Shown here: piece by piece, positions 10,571-19,801 of the stretch
How the letters are laid out: each line of letters starts with the position of its first letter
Position numbering within the stretch: position 1 is the first letter of the stretch
Source of the DNA: an uncultured Clostridia bacterium
GTDB taxonomy: Bacteria > Bacillota > Clostridia > TANB77 > CAG-508
Assembly: GCA_947627555.1 (NCBI GenBank)
Contig: CANQWL010000001.1
Coordinates: 1 to 41,032, forward strand
Length of the DNA stretch: 41,032 bases
Reading direction: 5' to 3'
The notes under the pieces: generated by a model
Seen by the model: the letters and a program-made list of their open reading frames with translations, nothing else
Database searches by the model: none
Told to the model about the DNA's origin: nothing
Position numbers and translations under genes: made by a program

Positions 10571-11489
10571 TTATCTATTTTTATTAAGTTTTGATATATA
10601 TTCAAGTATTTTTTCACACATATTTATATTACAAAATATAATATTTGAATCATACTTTACTTTGATATAATAAACAACTTTGCAAAATGTACTTATATAT
10701 AATGCTTTATAAATTAATAGTTTGTCCTCTTTTAAATAGTTAGAAATTAATGTAACTATTTCATCCATTTTTTCTAAGCCATTATCTAGTAATTCACTTC
10801 GAATAAAATGTGTTGTTTCAAGAGCTTTTTCACCAATAACTCCATGTGGATCAATTACTTTCCATCCTTGATTAGATTTTATTATATTCTTATGTTGCAA
10901 ATCATCATGCAAAATATATTTAGGTAAATTTAATTTTTTTATGTCATTGTATAAGTCATTCGTAATATCTAACATATATAAAATATTAGTATAGTCTTGT
11001 TTATTATTATTAACATATTCAATCTTTTCTTTTATTATATTTTCGTAAAATCTAAATTCATTATTAGAATCATTATTAACTATTATATTATTTAACATTG
11101 TACAAAAAATATTTATTCTTTCTTGTTGATTTTTTATATTCATTAGATTATAACCTGGATTAATTTTTTCTAAAAGCATTACTCTATCATCTATATTATA
11201 TATAATAACACTTTGCAAAATATTTTGATGAATATTGTCTCAAGTAGTTTATTTCATTAATAGTAGTTTCCCCTGGTGTACCTATTTTCAGCACTACTTC
11301 TCCATGTTCGCTTGAATTTGCATATATTAAAATATTCATACTTAAATTGTCTTCTAATTTAATATTTGATAAATTGAATTGCTTTTTGTATTTTTCTATT
11401 ATTTCATTTATTGAATTTAACCATTCTTCTCCAATTTTTCCATATCTATTAATAACATTTTCTTTAAATTCTTTTGGTAATTGTATCAT
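10571..11489 (-). pseudogene. aminoglycoside/streptomycin-type phosphotransferase (APH family), frameshifted
   Basis: ORF 11196-11489 (..VLKIG.P..E..I..L) and ORF 10571-11218 (HDDLQHKNII, VIDPHGVIGE) form the N- and C-lobes of one kinase in frames offset by 1. The span of 919 nt equals 3n+1. The break lies in a TATTATATATAAT run near 11195-11210. Confidence 0.7.
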
Positions 11490-11650
11490 TCTTAATGTTT
11501 CCTCTTTTTTATAAATTTTATTATTTTGTTGTTTTTAATAATATACTATATATTTTATTTTTTCTAATTTATCTTTTTTCAAATATATTTTTAAAAAATA
11601 CTTTTATTTTATCCAGAATAGTTTGTTTCTTTATTATTGCTAAAGAATTT

Positions 11651-12040
11651 TCAATTTCTCCGTGTACTAATATCTTTATCATTGACATTAACTTTATTCT
11701 TTTTTTTGAAAAGATTTTCTTGATTATATTCTTCTTTTATTGTTTTTTGATATAATTTTTCATTGTTATTCCATATTTTTATGATATCTTTTTTCTCTTC
11801 TTCTGTTGCAAAATATCTATAGTACATAATAGATATTAAGCTTTTAGTTTCATCTGATATTTCTTGTTCTTTAAGCTTTTTATTTTTATCTATTTTTACT
11901 TCTAGATTAGAATCCTTTGCTAATTGTGTTAATTCCTTCAAAAAATTCTCTGAAATCTTTGAAAGAAATTTTGAATCAAAATATTTTAATATTTCTATAG
12001 TTTCTTTTGCAACATTGTTAGTTTCTGATTGAATTGTCAT
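11651..12040 (-). CDS. hypothetical cytoplasmic protein (129 aa)
   Basis: Its ATG sits 8 nt after GGGGA and overlaps the end of the upstream ORF by 23 nt. It has no TM segment, signal peptide or motif I recognise. Confidence 0.5.
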   Translation of the reverse strand: MTIQSETNNVAKETIEILKYFDSKFLSKISENFLKELTQLAKDSNLEVKIDKNKKLKEQEISDETKSLISIMYYRYFATEEEKKDIIKIWNNNEKLYQKTIKEEYNQENLFKKKNKVNVNDKDISTRRN

Positions 12041-13163
12041 TTTCGTTTTCCCCTTTATCTTTTGAATGTATTTGTTCCAATTTCCATTTTATCCTTTGTT
12101 GTATAGCTATTATTCTACTCGTTCTTCTTCCATTTTTTCCAACTTCCATAGTCATTTCTTTAGCATCTTCAATACTAAATATCTTTTCATTATCTTGTTC
12201 TATTGTTTGAGTTATTTGTTCTTGAATATCTTGCATATGATTATCATTTTTCACTTTTCGTGGTATGTCTGAATCTGTAGGAACTGCTTCAATAAATGCA
12301 AATAATTTTTTCGTTATATCTTCTTTTGAAGTTTCAAATAACCCTATTGCACTATTATCACCAATTTTATCTATGCCAGGTAAATTTTCAACCATTTCTC
12401 TATTGCATAATTTAGGTATAAAATATTTAATCATATATTTTTCTTGTTCTTTATCAATATCAATTGTTAAGGCATGTCCTCTGTCTCTAATCATCATTAA
12501 AATTTTATTTTCCATTGAAATTATATCTGTATAACCAACATCCATGTCTTTAGGAAATCCTTCAAATAATTGCATAGAGAACTCATTCTTATCCCCATAT
12601 AAATTTATTGGATATTTAAAATCATTTTCTTTTGAAGCAATTAATGGCATTGCTTCTATTATTTTTTCATTATTTGTTATATAAGAATGAAAAACATGTA
12701 ATAATTCATTAATTGTATTAGACTTTTTTATATATTCTCCCAAATTTCGTGGAGATATCATAGTGTATCCAATGAATGTTCCTTTAATTTCTTCTATTAG
12801 CTTTTCATCCATTTGAGAAAAAATGTTTTGGTATAATGATTTTATAATTCCTTTATCATATTTAGATATTATAATTTCCTTTTTCAATTGTTTAAATTTT
12901 GATTTTATTTCTTTATTTACATCTATTCCAAAATCAAAATTTTTAGAAATATTAATAAATTCTGTTTCAAAGTCTTTCAATTCTTTATATAATCTATCTA
13001 TATATTTAATTCTACTTTCTTTATCATAATCATCTTCTTGTTTTGGTGCATCCTTCATAAGCGAATTTTTTATATTACTATTACTTTTAAAAAAACTTTT
13101 TAAACTTTCAAGATTTTTATTTCTTTGTTCATCTTCTAACTTTTGTTGTTCATTTTGATTCAT
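12018..13163 (-). CDS. hypothetical cytoplasmic protein (381 aa)
   Basis: Long uninterrupted ORF with a GGAGA RBS. The N-terminus looks like a Lys/Glu-rich coiled coil and the centre is globular (..MMIRDRGHALTIDID..). No catalytic motif is recognisable. Confidence 0.55.
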   Translation of the reverse strand: MNQNEQQKLEDEQRNKNLESLKSFFKSNSNIKNSLMKDAPKQEDDYDKESRIKYIDRLYKELKDFETEFINISKNFDFGIDVNKEIKSKFKQLKKEIIISKYDKGIIKSLYQNIFSQMDEKLIEEIKGTFIGYTMISPRNLGEYIKKSNTINELLHVFHSYITNNEKIIEAMPLIASKENDFKYPINLYGDKNEFSMQLFEGFPKDMDVGYTDIISMENKILMMIRDRGHALTIDIDKEQEKYMIKYFIPKLCNREMVENLPGIDKIGDNSAIGLFETSKEDITKKLFAFIEAVPTDSDIPRKVKNDNHMQDIQEQITQTIEQDNEKIFSIEDAKEMTMEVGKNGRRTSRIIAIQQRIKWKLEQIHSKDKGENENDNSIRN

Positions 13164-13293
13164 ATTTTAAATATCTCCTTTTTTTGAGTCTTTTTAATTC
13201 AAAATTAATATATCATATCTTTTTGAATTTTTCCACATATTATAATTAATAATATAAATATTTAATAGTGTATTTGTGTTTTACATAATTCTG

Positions 13294-13302
13294 TGTTATA
13301 AT
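13294..13302 (+). promoter_or_regulatory. extended -10 promoter element (TGT-TATAAT) for the plus-strand small gene
   Basis: TGTTATAAT at 13294-13302 lies about 58 nt upstream of the ATG at 13360, which has an AGGAGG RBS. Confidence 0.4.
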
Positions 13303-13359
13303 ATAATTAAGATTTTGTAGCGTTTTAACCATTATAAAATTTTTTTAGGAGGTTATATT

Positions 13360-13752
13360 ATGGATGAGAAGACTTTTCAAAACTATCAAAAGCGGCTGTT
13401 AGAAGCAACGAAGAAACTAAACGAACAGAGTGATGACCCATTTACCAAATCATGCAAGATTTTAGACAATTTAAAAAAATTTGTGCTAAATGGTACTTTC
13501 TCTCAAGTTAAGTTTCAACAAGAAACTGAAAAACAGTTTAATTCCATAGTTCCACTTGATGAAGCATCAGCTTCTATCAAGAGAAATTTAATGGATTTCT
13601 GCTCTAATAGAAATGAGGCACTTGAAACAATATCAGAGTTATATAATTTTATAAAACCCATGGCTGTACAAATTGGTTCAGTGCCAGTTATTAGACGTAT
13701 TACTATGGAATGTCTAGAAGAAGTTAAAAGAGACATTTTTCATTCTAAGTAA
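13360..13752 (+). CDS. hypothetical helical protein (130 aa), compositionally atypical
   Basis: One of only three credible plus-strand genes. It has an AGGAGG RBS and its own terminator. It uses codons such as CGG, CTG and ACG that are rare in neighbouring genes. Confidence 0.6.
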   Translation: MDEKTFQNYQKRLLEATKKLNEQSDDPFTKSCKILDNLKKFVLNGTFSQVKFQQETEKQFNSIVPLDEASASIKRNLMDFCSNRNEALETISELYNFIKPMAVQIGSVPVIRRITMECLEEVKRDIFHSK

Positions 13753-13758
13753 AAGGGG

Positions 13759-13796
13759 AAACTCTAATCAAGCATTTGCTAGATTAGAGTTTTTTC
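13759..13796 (+). terminator. rho-independent terminator
   Basis: AAACTCTAATC (13759-13769) pairs with GATTAGAGTTT (13782-13792) and is followed by a T-run. Confidence 0.7.
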
Positions 13797-13892
13797 CTCT
13801 ATATTTATATTAATAAATTATATTTTCATATAATTTCAAATCTCTAGACCACTTGAATAACTGATTTTTATTGTATTGTAAATATCTTTCTT

Positions 13893-14465
13893 CTAAATAA
13901 TATACTTAAACCCACATTTTTTATCTTTTTCTATGCGGGTTTTATACCTATCCTCCTCAGAAAACACACAGCCACAATATTTCTGCATATACAAACCTAA
14001 TTCTCTTGCTTTAGCCTGTCCATCTCTAAAGCCAACTCTAAAATCTCTATATAAGAATTTCACGCCATATTTTTTAGCCATTTCCTCTGCAATTTCTACT
14101 ATAGCATCATGATTTTGATATGGGCTTACCAATAAAGTTGTAGAAAAACAATCATATCCATTTTCTTTAGCATATTTTGCAGTTTGTTCTAATCTAACTG
14201 GATAACAATAATTTTTACATCTATTTTCTAAGTCTCCAATTACATTTTTGCAAAATTCTTTCAATCCATAATTTTCTTCAAATATTGCTTTTACATTAAT
14301 ATCTTCTGCATACTGCTTTAGAGTATCTCTTCTTGCTTTATATTCCATATATGGATGAATATTAGGATTAAACCAGTATACTGTTGGCTCTATTCCTTCT
14401 TCTCTTAAAGAATCTATACAATATACACTACAAGGTGCGCAACAAGTATGTAATAATAATTTCAT
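13893..14465 (-). CDS. queH: epoxyqueuosine reductase QueH
   Basis: MKLLLHTCCAPCS.. N-terminus, NPNIHP and a C-terminal YCGCVFSE motif. The start is set at the ATG preceded by GAGGA (14465) rather than the ORF-track start 14507. Confidence 0.9.
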   Translation of the reverse strand: MKLLLHTCCAPCSVYCIDSLREEGIEPTVYWFNPNIHPYMEYKARRDTLKQYAEDINVKAIFEENYGLKEFCKNVIGDLENRCKNYCYPVRLEQTAKYAKENGYDCFSTTLLVSPYQNHDAIVEIAEEMAKKYGVKFLYRDFRVGFRDGQAKARELGLYMQKYCGCVFSEEDRYKTRIEKDKKCGFKYII

Positions 14466-14503
14466 TATCTTCCTCTTTTCTTTATTTATAATTAATGTAA
14501 AAT

Positions 14504-15511
14504 TCACTCTTTTGTATACTCATACCCTAAATGCTTATAAGCAGGAGGCAATACCATTCTTCCCCTTAAAGTTCTTGCAATAAAACCAATTTGAATTAAA
14601 TAAGGTTCATAAACATCTTCAATTGTATCAATTTCTTCTCCTATTGATGCTGCTAGTGCTTCAATTCCAACTGGTCTTCCGCTATATTGAACTATCATTG
14701 TTTCTAATAATCTTCTATCAATTTCATCTAAACCTAATTCATCAATCTCTAATTTATTTAGTGCATGTTTTGCAATTTTTAAGTTAATGTCACCATTTCC
14801 TAGTACCAATGCATAGTCCCTTACTCTTTTTAAAAGTCTATTAGCAATTCTAGGAGTACCTCTAGACCTTCTTGCTATTTCCATTGCTGCTGTTTCTTCT
14901 ATTTTTACTTGTAGAATTTTACTTGACCTTTTAACAATTGTTGCTAAATCTGTTGATGAATATAATTCTAATCTTTCTACAATTCCAAATCTATCACGAA
15001 GTGGCGTTGTTAAAGCTCCTGCTTTTGTTGTAGCTCCAATTAATGTAAACTTTGGTAAATCAATTCTAATTGATTTTGCACTTGGCCCTTTCCCTATTAC
15101 AATATCTAAAGTATAATCTTCTAATGCTGGATATAAAATTTCTTCTACACTTTTACTTAATCTATGAATTTCATCTATAAATAAAACATCATATTCAGAA
15201 AGCCCTGTTAAAATAGCTGCTAAATCTCCTGGCTTTTCTATTGCTGGTCCAGATGTTATTTTTATATTAGATTTCATTTCATTTGCTATAATATTAGATA
15301 GTGTTGTCTTTCCAAGTCCTGGAGGTCCATATAGTAAAACATGGTCTAAAGCTTCTTTTCTTTTCTTTGCCGCTTCTATATATATTTTCATATTTTCTTT
15401 TACTTTATCTTGTCCAACATATTCTCTCAAATTTTTTGGTCTTAATGAATTTTCTAATCTTTCTTCTAATTGATTTTCTAATTGTGGATTTATAATTCTT
15501 TCTTCGTCCAT
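14504..15511 (-). CDS. ruvB: Holliday junction branch migration helicase RuvB
   Basis: Walker [16 protein letters not shown], and [11 protein letters not shown]. The ATG at 15511 is preceded by AAAGGA; the ORF-track start at 15532 is a TTG. Confidence 0.95.
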   Translation of the reverse strand: MDEERIINPQLENQLEERLENSLRPKNLREYVGQDKVKENMKIYIEAAKKRKEALDHVLLYGPPGLGKTTLSNIIANEMKSNIKITSGPAIEKPGDLAAILTGLSEYDVLFIDEIHRLSKSVEEILYPALEDYTLDIVIGKGPSAKSIRIDLPKFTLIGATTKAGALTTPLRDRFGIVERLELYSSTDLATIVKRSSKILQVKIEETAAMEIARRSRGTPRIANRLLKRVRDYALVLGNGDINLKIAKHALNKLEIDELGLDEIDRRLLETMIVQYSGRPVGIEALAASIGEEIDTIEDVYEPYLIQIGFIARTLRGRMVLPPAYKHLGYEYTKE

Positions 15512-15562
15512 TTTATATATCCTTTTTGACAAATTTGGGTAAATTAAAGGTTCCCCATTAAC

Positions 15563-17464
15563 CTATTTTAGTAAATTATTAACAATAATTGAATTTGAAA
15601 TATTTAACTCTGTTTTCATATTTTGATAATATTTTTCTAGTAATGATTTTTTTTCTTCCTCTAATTCTTCTAAATTTATTATTTCTCCTGTTTTTTTATC
15701 ATACCAGTCTTCATCATAATAATAATCTTTTGTTATAATTCTTTCATTATTCAAACAAACAAAGTCTTTATTCGCAAACATATTTGTTCCTAATGATAAG
15801 CCATCTTGTATATCACATAAATATGCAAGTGTTGGTTTTATATCTAATTTATTTATTGTTTTTTCTATTTTTATATCCTTTACTCCTGGAATTTTCATTC
15901 CACATGCTACTCTTGTATAATTTAATTTTAAATCTATATCTGTTAAATCTTCATCTATATATTGTAAAAAGTCTATCATTTCTTCATTATACATATTTAA
16001 TCCATTATGGTCACCAAATACTAAAATAGCTGTATTCTCGTATAGCCCTGCATTTTTTAATTCATCTATTAATGTTCCAAATGCGTAGTCAGCATAATTA
16101 ACTGCTTCTAAATAATTTCCAAAGTAAGTATCTTTATATTTTCCAACATCAATATTTACTTTGCTTCTGTCTTGTAATCCATCTAGCGTATATGGTGTAT
16201 GAGAAGATGCTGCTACTATATAAGAAATAAATGGATGGTCAAACTTTTGCATTTTTTGAACTGCTTGCTTATATAATAACTCGTCTGATAAATCTCCATT
16301 AATATTTTCAGATAAATCATCAAATTGTTCTTTTAATGATAAATCATTGATTTTAAGTCTTCCATATACATTTCCTCTATTCCAGAAATAAGGATAATTT
16401 CCATGCATATATGATGTATAATAATTTGCATTATTAAATATTTTAAATAAGTCATCATAAGTATTTGTATAATACTTACTAAAAGACATTCCATTTTCCA
16501 TTGGATATAATGAAGTAATTGCACTATGTTCAGAGTCAGCAGTTGTTGAATAACTTTGCATATGCATCTCTGTAAATTCTATATTTTCTGCTAAAAATTT
16601 ATTTAAGTTTGGTGTAATTTGTATTCCATTAATTTCTTTATTTATAACAAATTCTTGTACAGACTCTAATTGAAGTATAATTATATTTTTATCCTTTAAA
16701 ATTCCTTTAAAATTATATTGTATATCACCATATTCTGAAGCATATTCTTCCTTTAAGCTCTCATAATCTTTTATCATATCTTGAAAATTCTTATATTTAG
16801 AATTTCTTTTTATATTTGCTGCACTCTCGAAATCATAAATATGATATCCAAATATTGTTGACTTTCTTATTTGCATATCTTTATTATAAGATAATTGTTT
16901 TCCGTTTTCTATATACTGTACTCCTATAATACAAAATATTATAAGACCTATAATTCCTGTTATCCATTTTACTGTTAATTGTTTTTTATTCTTTTTTTCC
17001 TTTTTTTCCAATTGTATTACCTTAAATATGAACAAAATCAACAAAATTACTATATCAATAAAATATAAAATTTGCTTCATTTCAATTATCATTGGCAAAG
17101 TACTAATAATTTCTTCGCCATATTGTAAATTACTAAATTGTGCAATTGATAATACACTATTTGAATATGTATAATAAAGATTATCCGAAAATAACATTAC
17201 ACTTAATAAAAAATCTATTATTATAGTTCCAATTACTCTTGGTCTATTAGGTAAAACACATAAAAAACATCCCATTACTACAATAAAGCTAATTGTTCCT
17301 ATTATTGTTTCTAGTTCTATATTTTCATTAATTGCTATTGTATTATTATAGAATAATATTGTTTTTAATAATATAAATATTCCTATTACTACAACAAACC
17401 ATATTGAATTAACAAATTTATTTAACTTTTCTTTTGCTTTTTTTATTTGTATGTCAATTGTCAC
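15563..17464 (-). CDS. LTA synthase / phosphoglycerol transferase family (sulfatase-domain) membrane protein
   Basis: 633 aa with five N-terminal TM helices and an extracellular sulfatase-type domain (LQLESVQ, SYSTTADSEHSAITSLYP, LVFGDHNG). GTG start after GGAGAG. Confidence 0.8.
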   Translation of the reverse strand: MTIDIQIKKAKEKLNKFVNSIWFVVVIGIFILLKTILFYNNTIAINENIELETIIGTISFIVVMGCFLCVLPNRPRVIGTIIIDFLLSVMLFSDNLYYTYSNSVLSIAQFSNLQYGEEIISTLPMIIEMKQILYFIDIVILLILFIFKVIQLEKKEKKNKKQLTVKWITGIIGLIIFCIIGVQYIENGKQLSYNKDMQIRKSTIFGYHIYDFESAANIKRNSKYKNFQDMIKDYESLKEEYASEYGDIQYNFKGILKDKNIIILQLESVQEFVINKEINGIQITPNLNKFLAENIEFTEMHMQSYSTTADSEHSAITSLYPMENGMSFSKYYTNTYDDLFKIFNNANYYTSYMHGNYPYFWNRGNVYGRLKINDLSLKEQFDDLSENINGDLSDELLYKQAVQKMQKFDHPFISYIVAASSHTPYTLDGLQDRSKVNIDVGKYKDTYFGNYLEAVNYADYAFGTLIDELKNAGLYENTAILVFGDHNGLNMYNEEMIDFLQYIDEDLTDIDLKLNYTRVACGMKIPGVKDIKIEKTINKLDIKPTLAYLCDIQDGLSLGTNMFANKDFVCLNNERIITKDYYYDEDWYDKKTGEIINLEELEEEKKSLLEKYYQNMKTELNISNSIIVNNLLK

Positions 17465-17480
17465 GCTATCTCTCCTATAT

Positions 17481-17960
17481 TTATATTTTATCTATAAAAT
17501 TGCTTATAATTTCTAACATTTTTGTATTATCTTGTTTATATTTTGCTGGTGTAAATGTTTCTAATTTTGAAAGTGCTTCTTCTAACTCTCCTACTTCTTT
17601 AATTCCAATAATATATCCTTTGTTATGAAATAATTTTACAATTTCCCTTTGATGATTATTCACATGTTCGCTATATTCATGCAATCGTGGCACAGCTATT
17701 ACTTTTTTTCCCTTTTTTATTGATGAAATAATAGAACCTACTCCTCCATGTGTAATAATAACATCTGCTTTATTTTGATATTGTTCCAACTCTTGTTTTG
17801 GAATTAATCCAAATATCTTCATATGACTTGACTCATATTTCGTATATCCTGATTGTACAATTACTTCATCTTTTATTACTTTCTTTTGAATTAATTTTTC
17901 TATTTCTTCTAATAATCTGTGAAAACTATTATTTTGTGTTCCTAATAATACTAAAATCAT
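17481..17960 (-). CDS. Alg13-like / PssE / Cps14G-type glycosyltransferase C-terminal subunit
   Basis: MILVLLGTQNNSF.., ITHGGVGSI and NHQ motifs. The ATG at 17960 overlaps the upstream stop (TAATG). Confidence 0.75.
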   Translation of the reverse strand: MILVLLGTQNNSFHRLLEEIEKLIQKKVIKDEVIVQSGYTKYESSHMKIFGLIPKQELEQYQNKADVIITHGGVGSIISSIKKGKKVIAVPRLHEYSEHVNNHQREIVKLFHNKGYIIGIKEVGELEEALSKLETFTPAKYKQDNTKMLEIISNFIDKI

Positions 17961-18433
17961 TAATAAATTGACCCTCCATAAACAGCTTTTGGATAGATTT
18001 TTAACATTTCTTCCCATTGTACAATAAATAAATCAGCAATTGGATAAATTAATCTTCCTGTAGCTGTTTTTTTATTTGTATTAGCAAATGTCTCTATATA
18101 GATAATTTTACTTCTAAATATTTTTCCTATAATACACATTGGTCCTGCTGTATGCGTTCCTGTTGTTATGATTACTTTTGGTCTTAATTTAAAATAATAA
18201 TATATTGTTTTAAAGCAAAGATATAAGTATTGAAAAATATATATAAATAATTTTGCTCTTGTTCCATATGGTAAAAAGTATAGTTTTTCTCCATACTTTT
18301 CTTTTAATGATTCATTTGCTTTATCCTTTTCTGTTATAATGTGATATTCATATTTTTCAAATAAAGGAGCTAGTTGCAGTAACTCATCTAAATGTCCTCC
18401 TGTACTTGATATAAATAATACTTTTTTCTTCAT
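17960..18433 (-). CDS. Alg14-like / PssD / Cps14F-type glycosyltransferase membrane subunit
   Basis: VLFISSTGGHLDELL, VIITTGTHTAGP and ESFA-like IETFAN motifs. The ATG at 18433 is preceded by AAAGGTG. Confidence 0.75.
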   Translation of the reverse strand: MKKKVLFISSTGGHLDELLQLAPLFEKYEYHIITEKDKANESLKEKYGEKLYFLPYGTRAKLFIYIFQYLYLCFKTIYYYFKLRPKVIITTGTHTAGPMCIIGKIFRSKIIYIETFANTNKKTATGRLIYPIADLFIVQWEEMLKIYPKAVYGGSIY

Positions 18434-18468
18434 TATTTGCACCTTTTTCACTTTAAATATTTATCCTT

Positions 18469-18497
18469 ATTATATCGTTTTTATAGTTATATGTCTA
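18469..18497 (-). promoter_or_regulatory. candidate promoter TAGACA-N17-TATAAT for the Alg14/Alg13-LtaS-ruvB-queH gene string
   Basis: Minus-strand reading: TAGACA (18497-18492), 17-nt spacer, TATAAT (18474-18469), about 35 nt upstream of the ATG at 18433. Confidence 0.45.
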
Positions 18498-18504
18498 GTA
18501 ATTT

Positions 18505-18743
18505 ATGGCAATCACTTAAATTTATTGTGATGATTTAATTTATTAAATGTAATAGCGTGAAGAGACTACTATTTTTATATTTTGCAGTGAATTGTGGGGA
18601 CCTTTCAAAAATTCTCAAAAGTTCGAAAGAACTTTTGTTAGAATTTTTAGAATGGGGATAACGAAAAAATATAAAAATAGTAGTCTCTGGGAGCGAGTAG
18701 TTTATTACTTAAAATCATTACAATAAATTTAAATGATTGCCAT
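18505..18743. repeat. 239-bp imperfect palindrome (long hairpin): MITE-like element or structured RNA
   Basis: Outer arms 18505-18536 and 18712-18743 are complementary at 30 of 32 positions. Inner arms 18561-18583 and 18666-18688 match at 23 of 23. The apical stem 18607-18624 / 18629-18648 closes on a GAAA tetraloop at 18625-18628. Confidence 0.8.
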
Positions 18744-18760
18744 ATTAATAAATAGAGCAT

Positions 18761-18794
18761 AAAAAGTGAACTAAATAAGTTTAGTTCACTTTTA
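18761..18794 (-). terminator. bidirectional rho-independent terminator downstream of xerD
   Basis: AGTGAACTAAA (18765-18775) pairs with TTTAGTTCACT (18780-18790) around a 4-nt loop, flanked by an A-run and a T-run. Confidence 0.7.
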
Positions 18795-18822
18795 TTAAAT
18801 AAACATATTTCTATATATTTTA

Positions 18823-19704
18823 TTATGCTCTTGGATGAGCTTTTCTATATACATTTTTCAATGCATCATCTTGGAACTGCATATATATTTGTGTTGATGA
18901 AATATCTGAATGTCCAAGCATTGTTTGTATTGCTTTTAAATCAGCTCCATTTTGCAATAAATGAGTTGCAAAAGAATGTCTTAATACATGTGGTGTTATA
19001 TCTTTTGTTATATGTGCCTGTTCTTTATAATATTTAATAATTTTCCAAAATCCTTGTCTTGTTAATCTTGTTCCATTAATATTAACAAATAGAGCTGTTT
19101 CACTTTCAGTTTTTATTAAAATATTTCTTGCTTCTTCTATGTATTCTTTTAAAGCATTTAGAGACATTGTTCCAAGCGGTATATTTCGTTGTTTTGAACC
19201 ATGTTTGCATACTACATATCCTTCTTCTAAATTAACATCTTCCATATTTAGTGATATCATTTCTGTTACTCTCATTCCTGTTGCATATGCAAATTCTAAC
19301 ATAGCTTTGTCTCGTATTCCCTTTAAGTCAACATCTTTTGGTTGATCTAATAACAATTCAACTTCTTCTGATGTTAAAACACTTGGTACTCTTTTTTCTA
19401 TTTTTGGTGATTTTACATTTGCTGTTGGATCAACTTTTACTTTTTTATTTTTTAACACAAATTGATAAAATAATCTTATAGATGCAATACATCTTGAAAT
19501 ACTAGAAGATTTTTTTCCTTGTTCTTGTAATTCTTTTATATAATCTTTAATATCTTCTTCTTTTACTTTGTTATAGTGAAGTTCACAATCCTCCAAATAC
19601 TTTTTAAATTGTTTTAAATCTCTTTTATATGATTGTAATGTGTTTTGTGATAATTTTCTTTCGTTTTCTAAAAATTTAAAAAAATACTTTAATTGTCTTT
19701 CCAT
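18823..19704 (-). CDS. xerD: tyrosine site-specific recombinase XerD
   Basis: 293 aa with an SAM-like N-domain (TLQSYKRDL), a catalytic ARG..RVTE region and HVLRHSFATHLL..LGHSDISSTQIY. Confidence 0.85.
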   Translation of the reverse strand: MERQLKYFFKFLENERKLSQNTLQSYKRDLKQFKKYLEDCELHYNKVKEEDIKDYIKELQEQGKKSSSISRCIASIRLFYQFVLKNKKVKVDPTANVKSPKIEKRVPSVLTSEEVELLLDQPKDVDLKGIRDKAMLEFAYATGMRVTEMISLNMEDVNLEEGYVVCKHGSKQRNIPLGTMSLNALKEYIEEARNILIKTESETALFVNINGTRLTRQGFWKIIKYYKEQAHITKDITPHVLRHSFATHLLQNGADLKAIQTMLGHSDISSTQIYMQFQDDALKNVYRKAHPRA

Positions 19705-19801
19705 TTATATTCCCCTACCTCTATTAAAAATAAACTATTTACATAAACTACATATGTTATATCAAACAATTTTAAAAATGTAAATACATTTTTAAAATTT
19801 T

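Noticed and set aside
18505-18743. The idea that the long palindrome next to xerD is the chromosomal dif site.
   Set aside because: dif sites are about 28 bp with two 11-bp half-sites. This element is 239 bp, shows no resemblance to Firmicute dif consensus sequences that I can recall, and xerD is normally not linked to dif. The adjacency to xerD is probably incidental.
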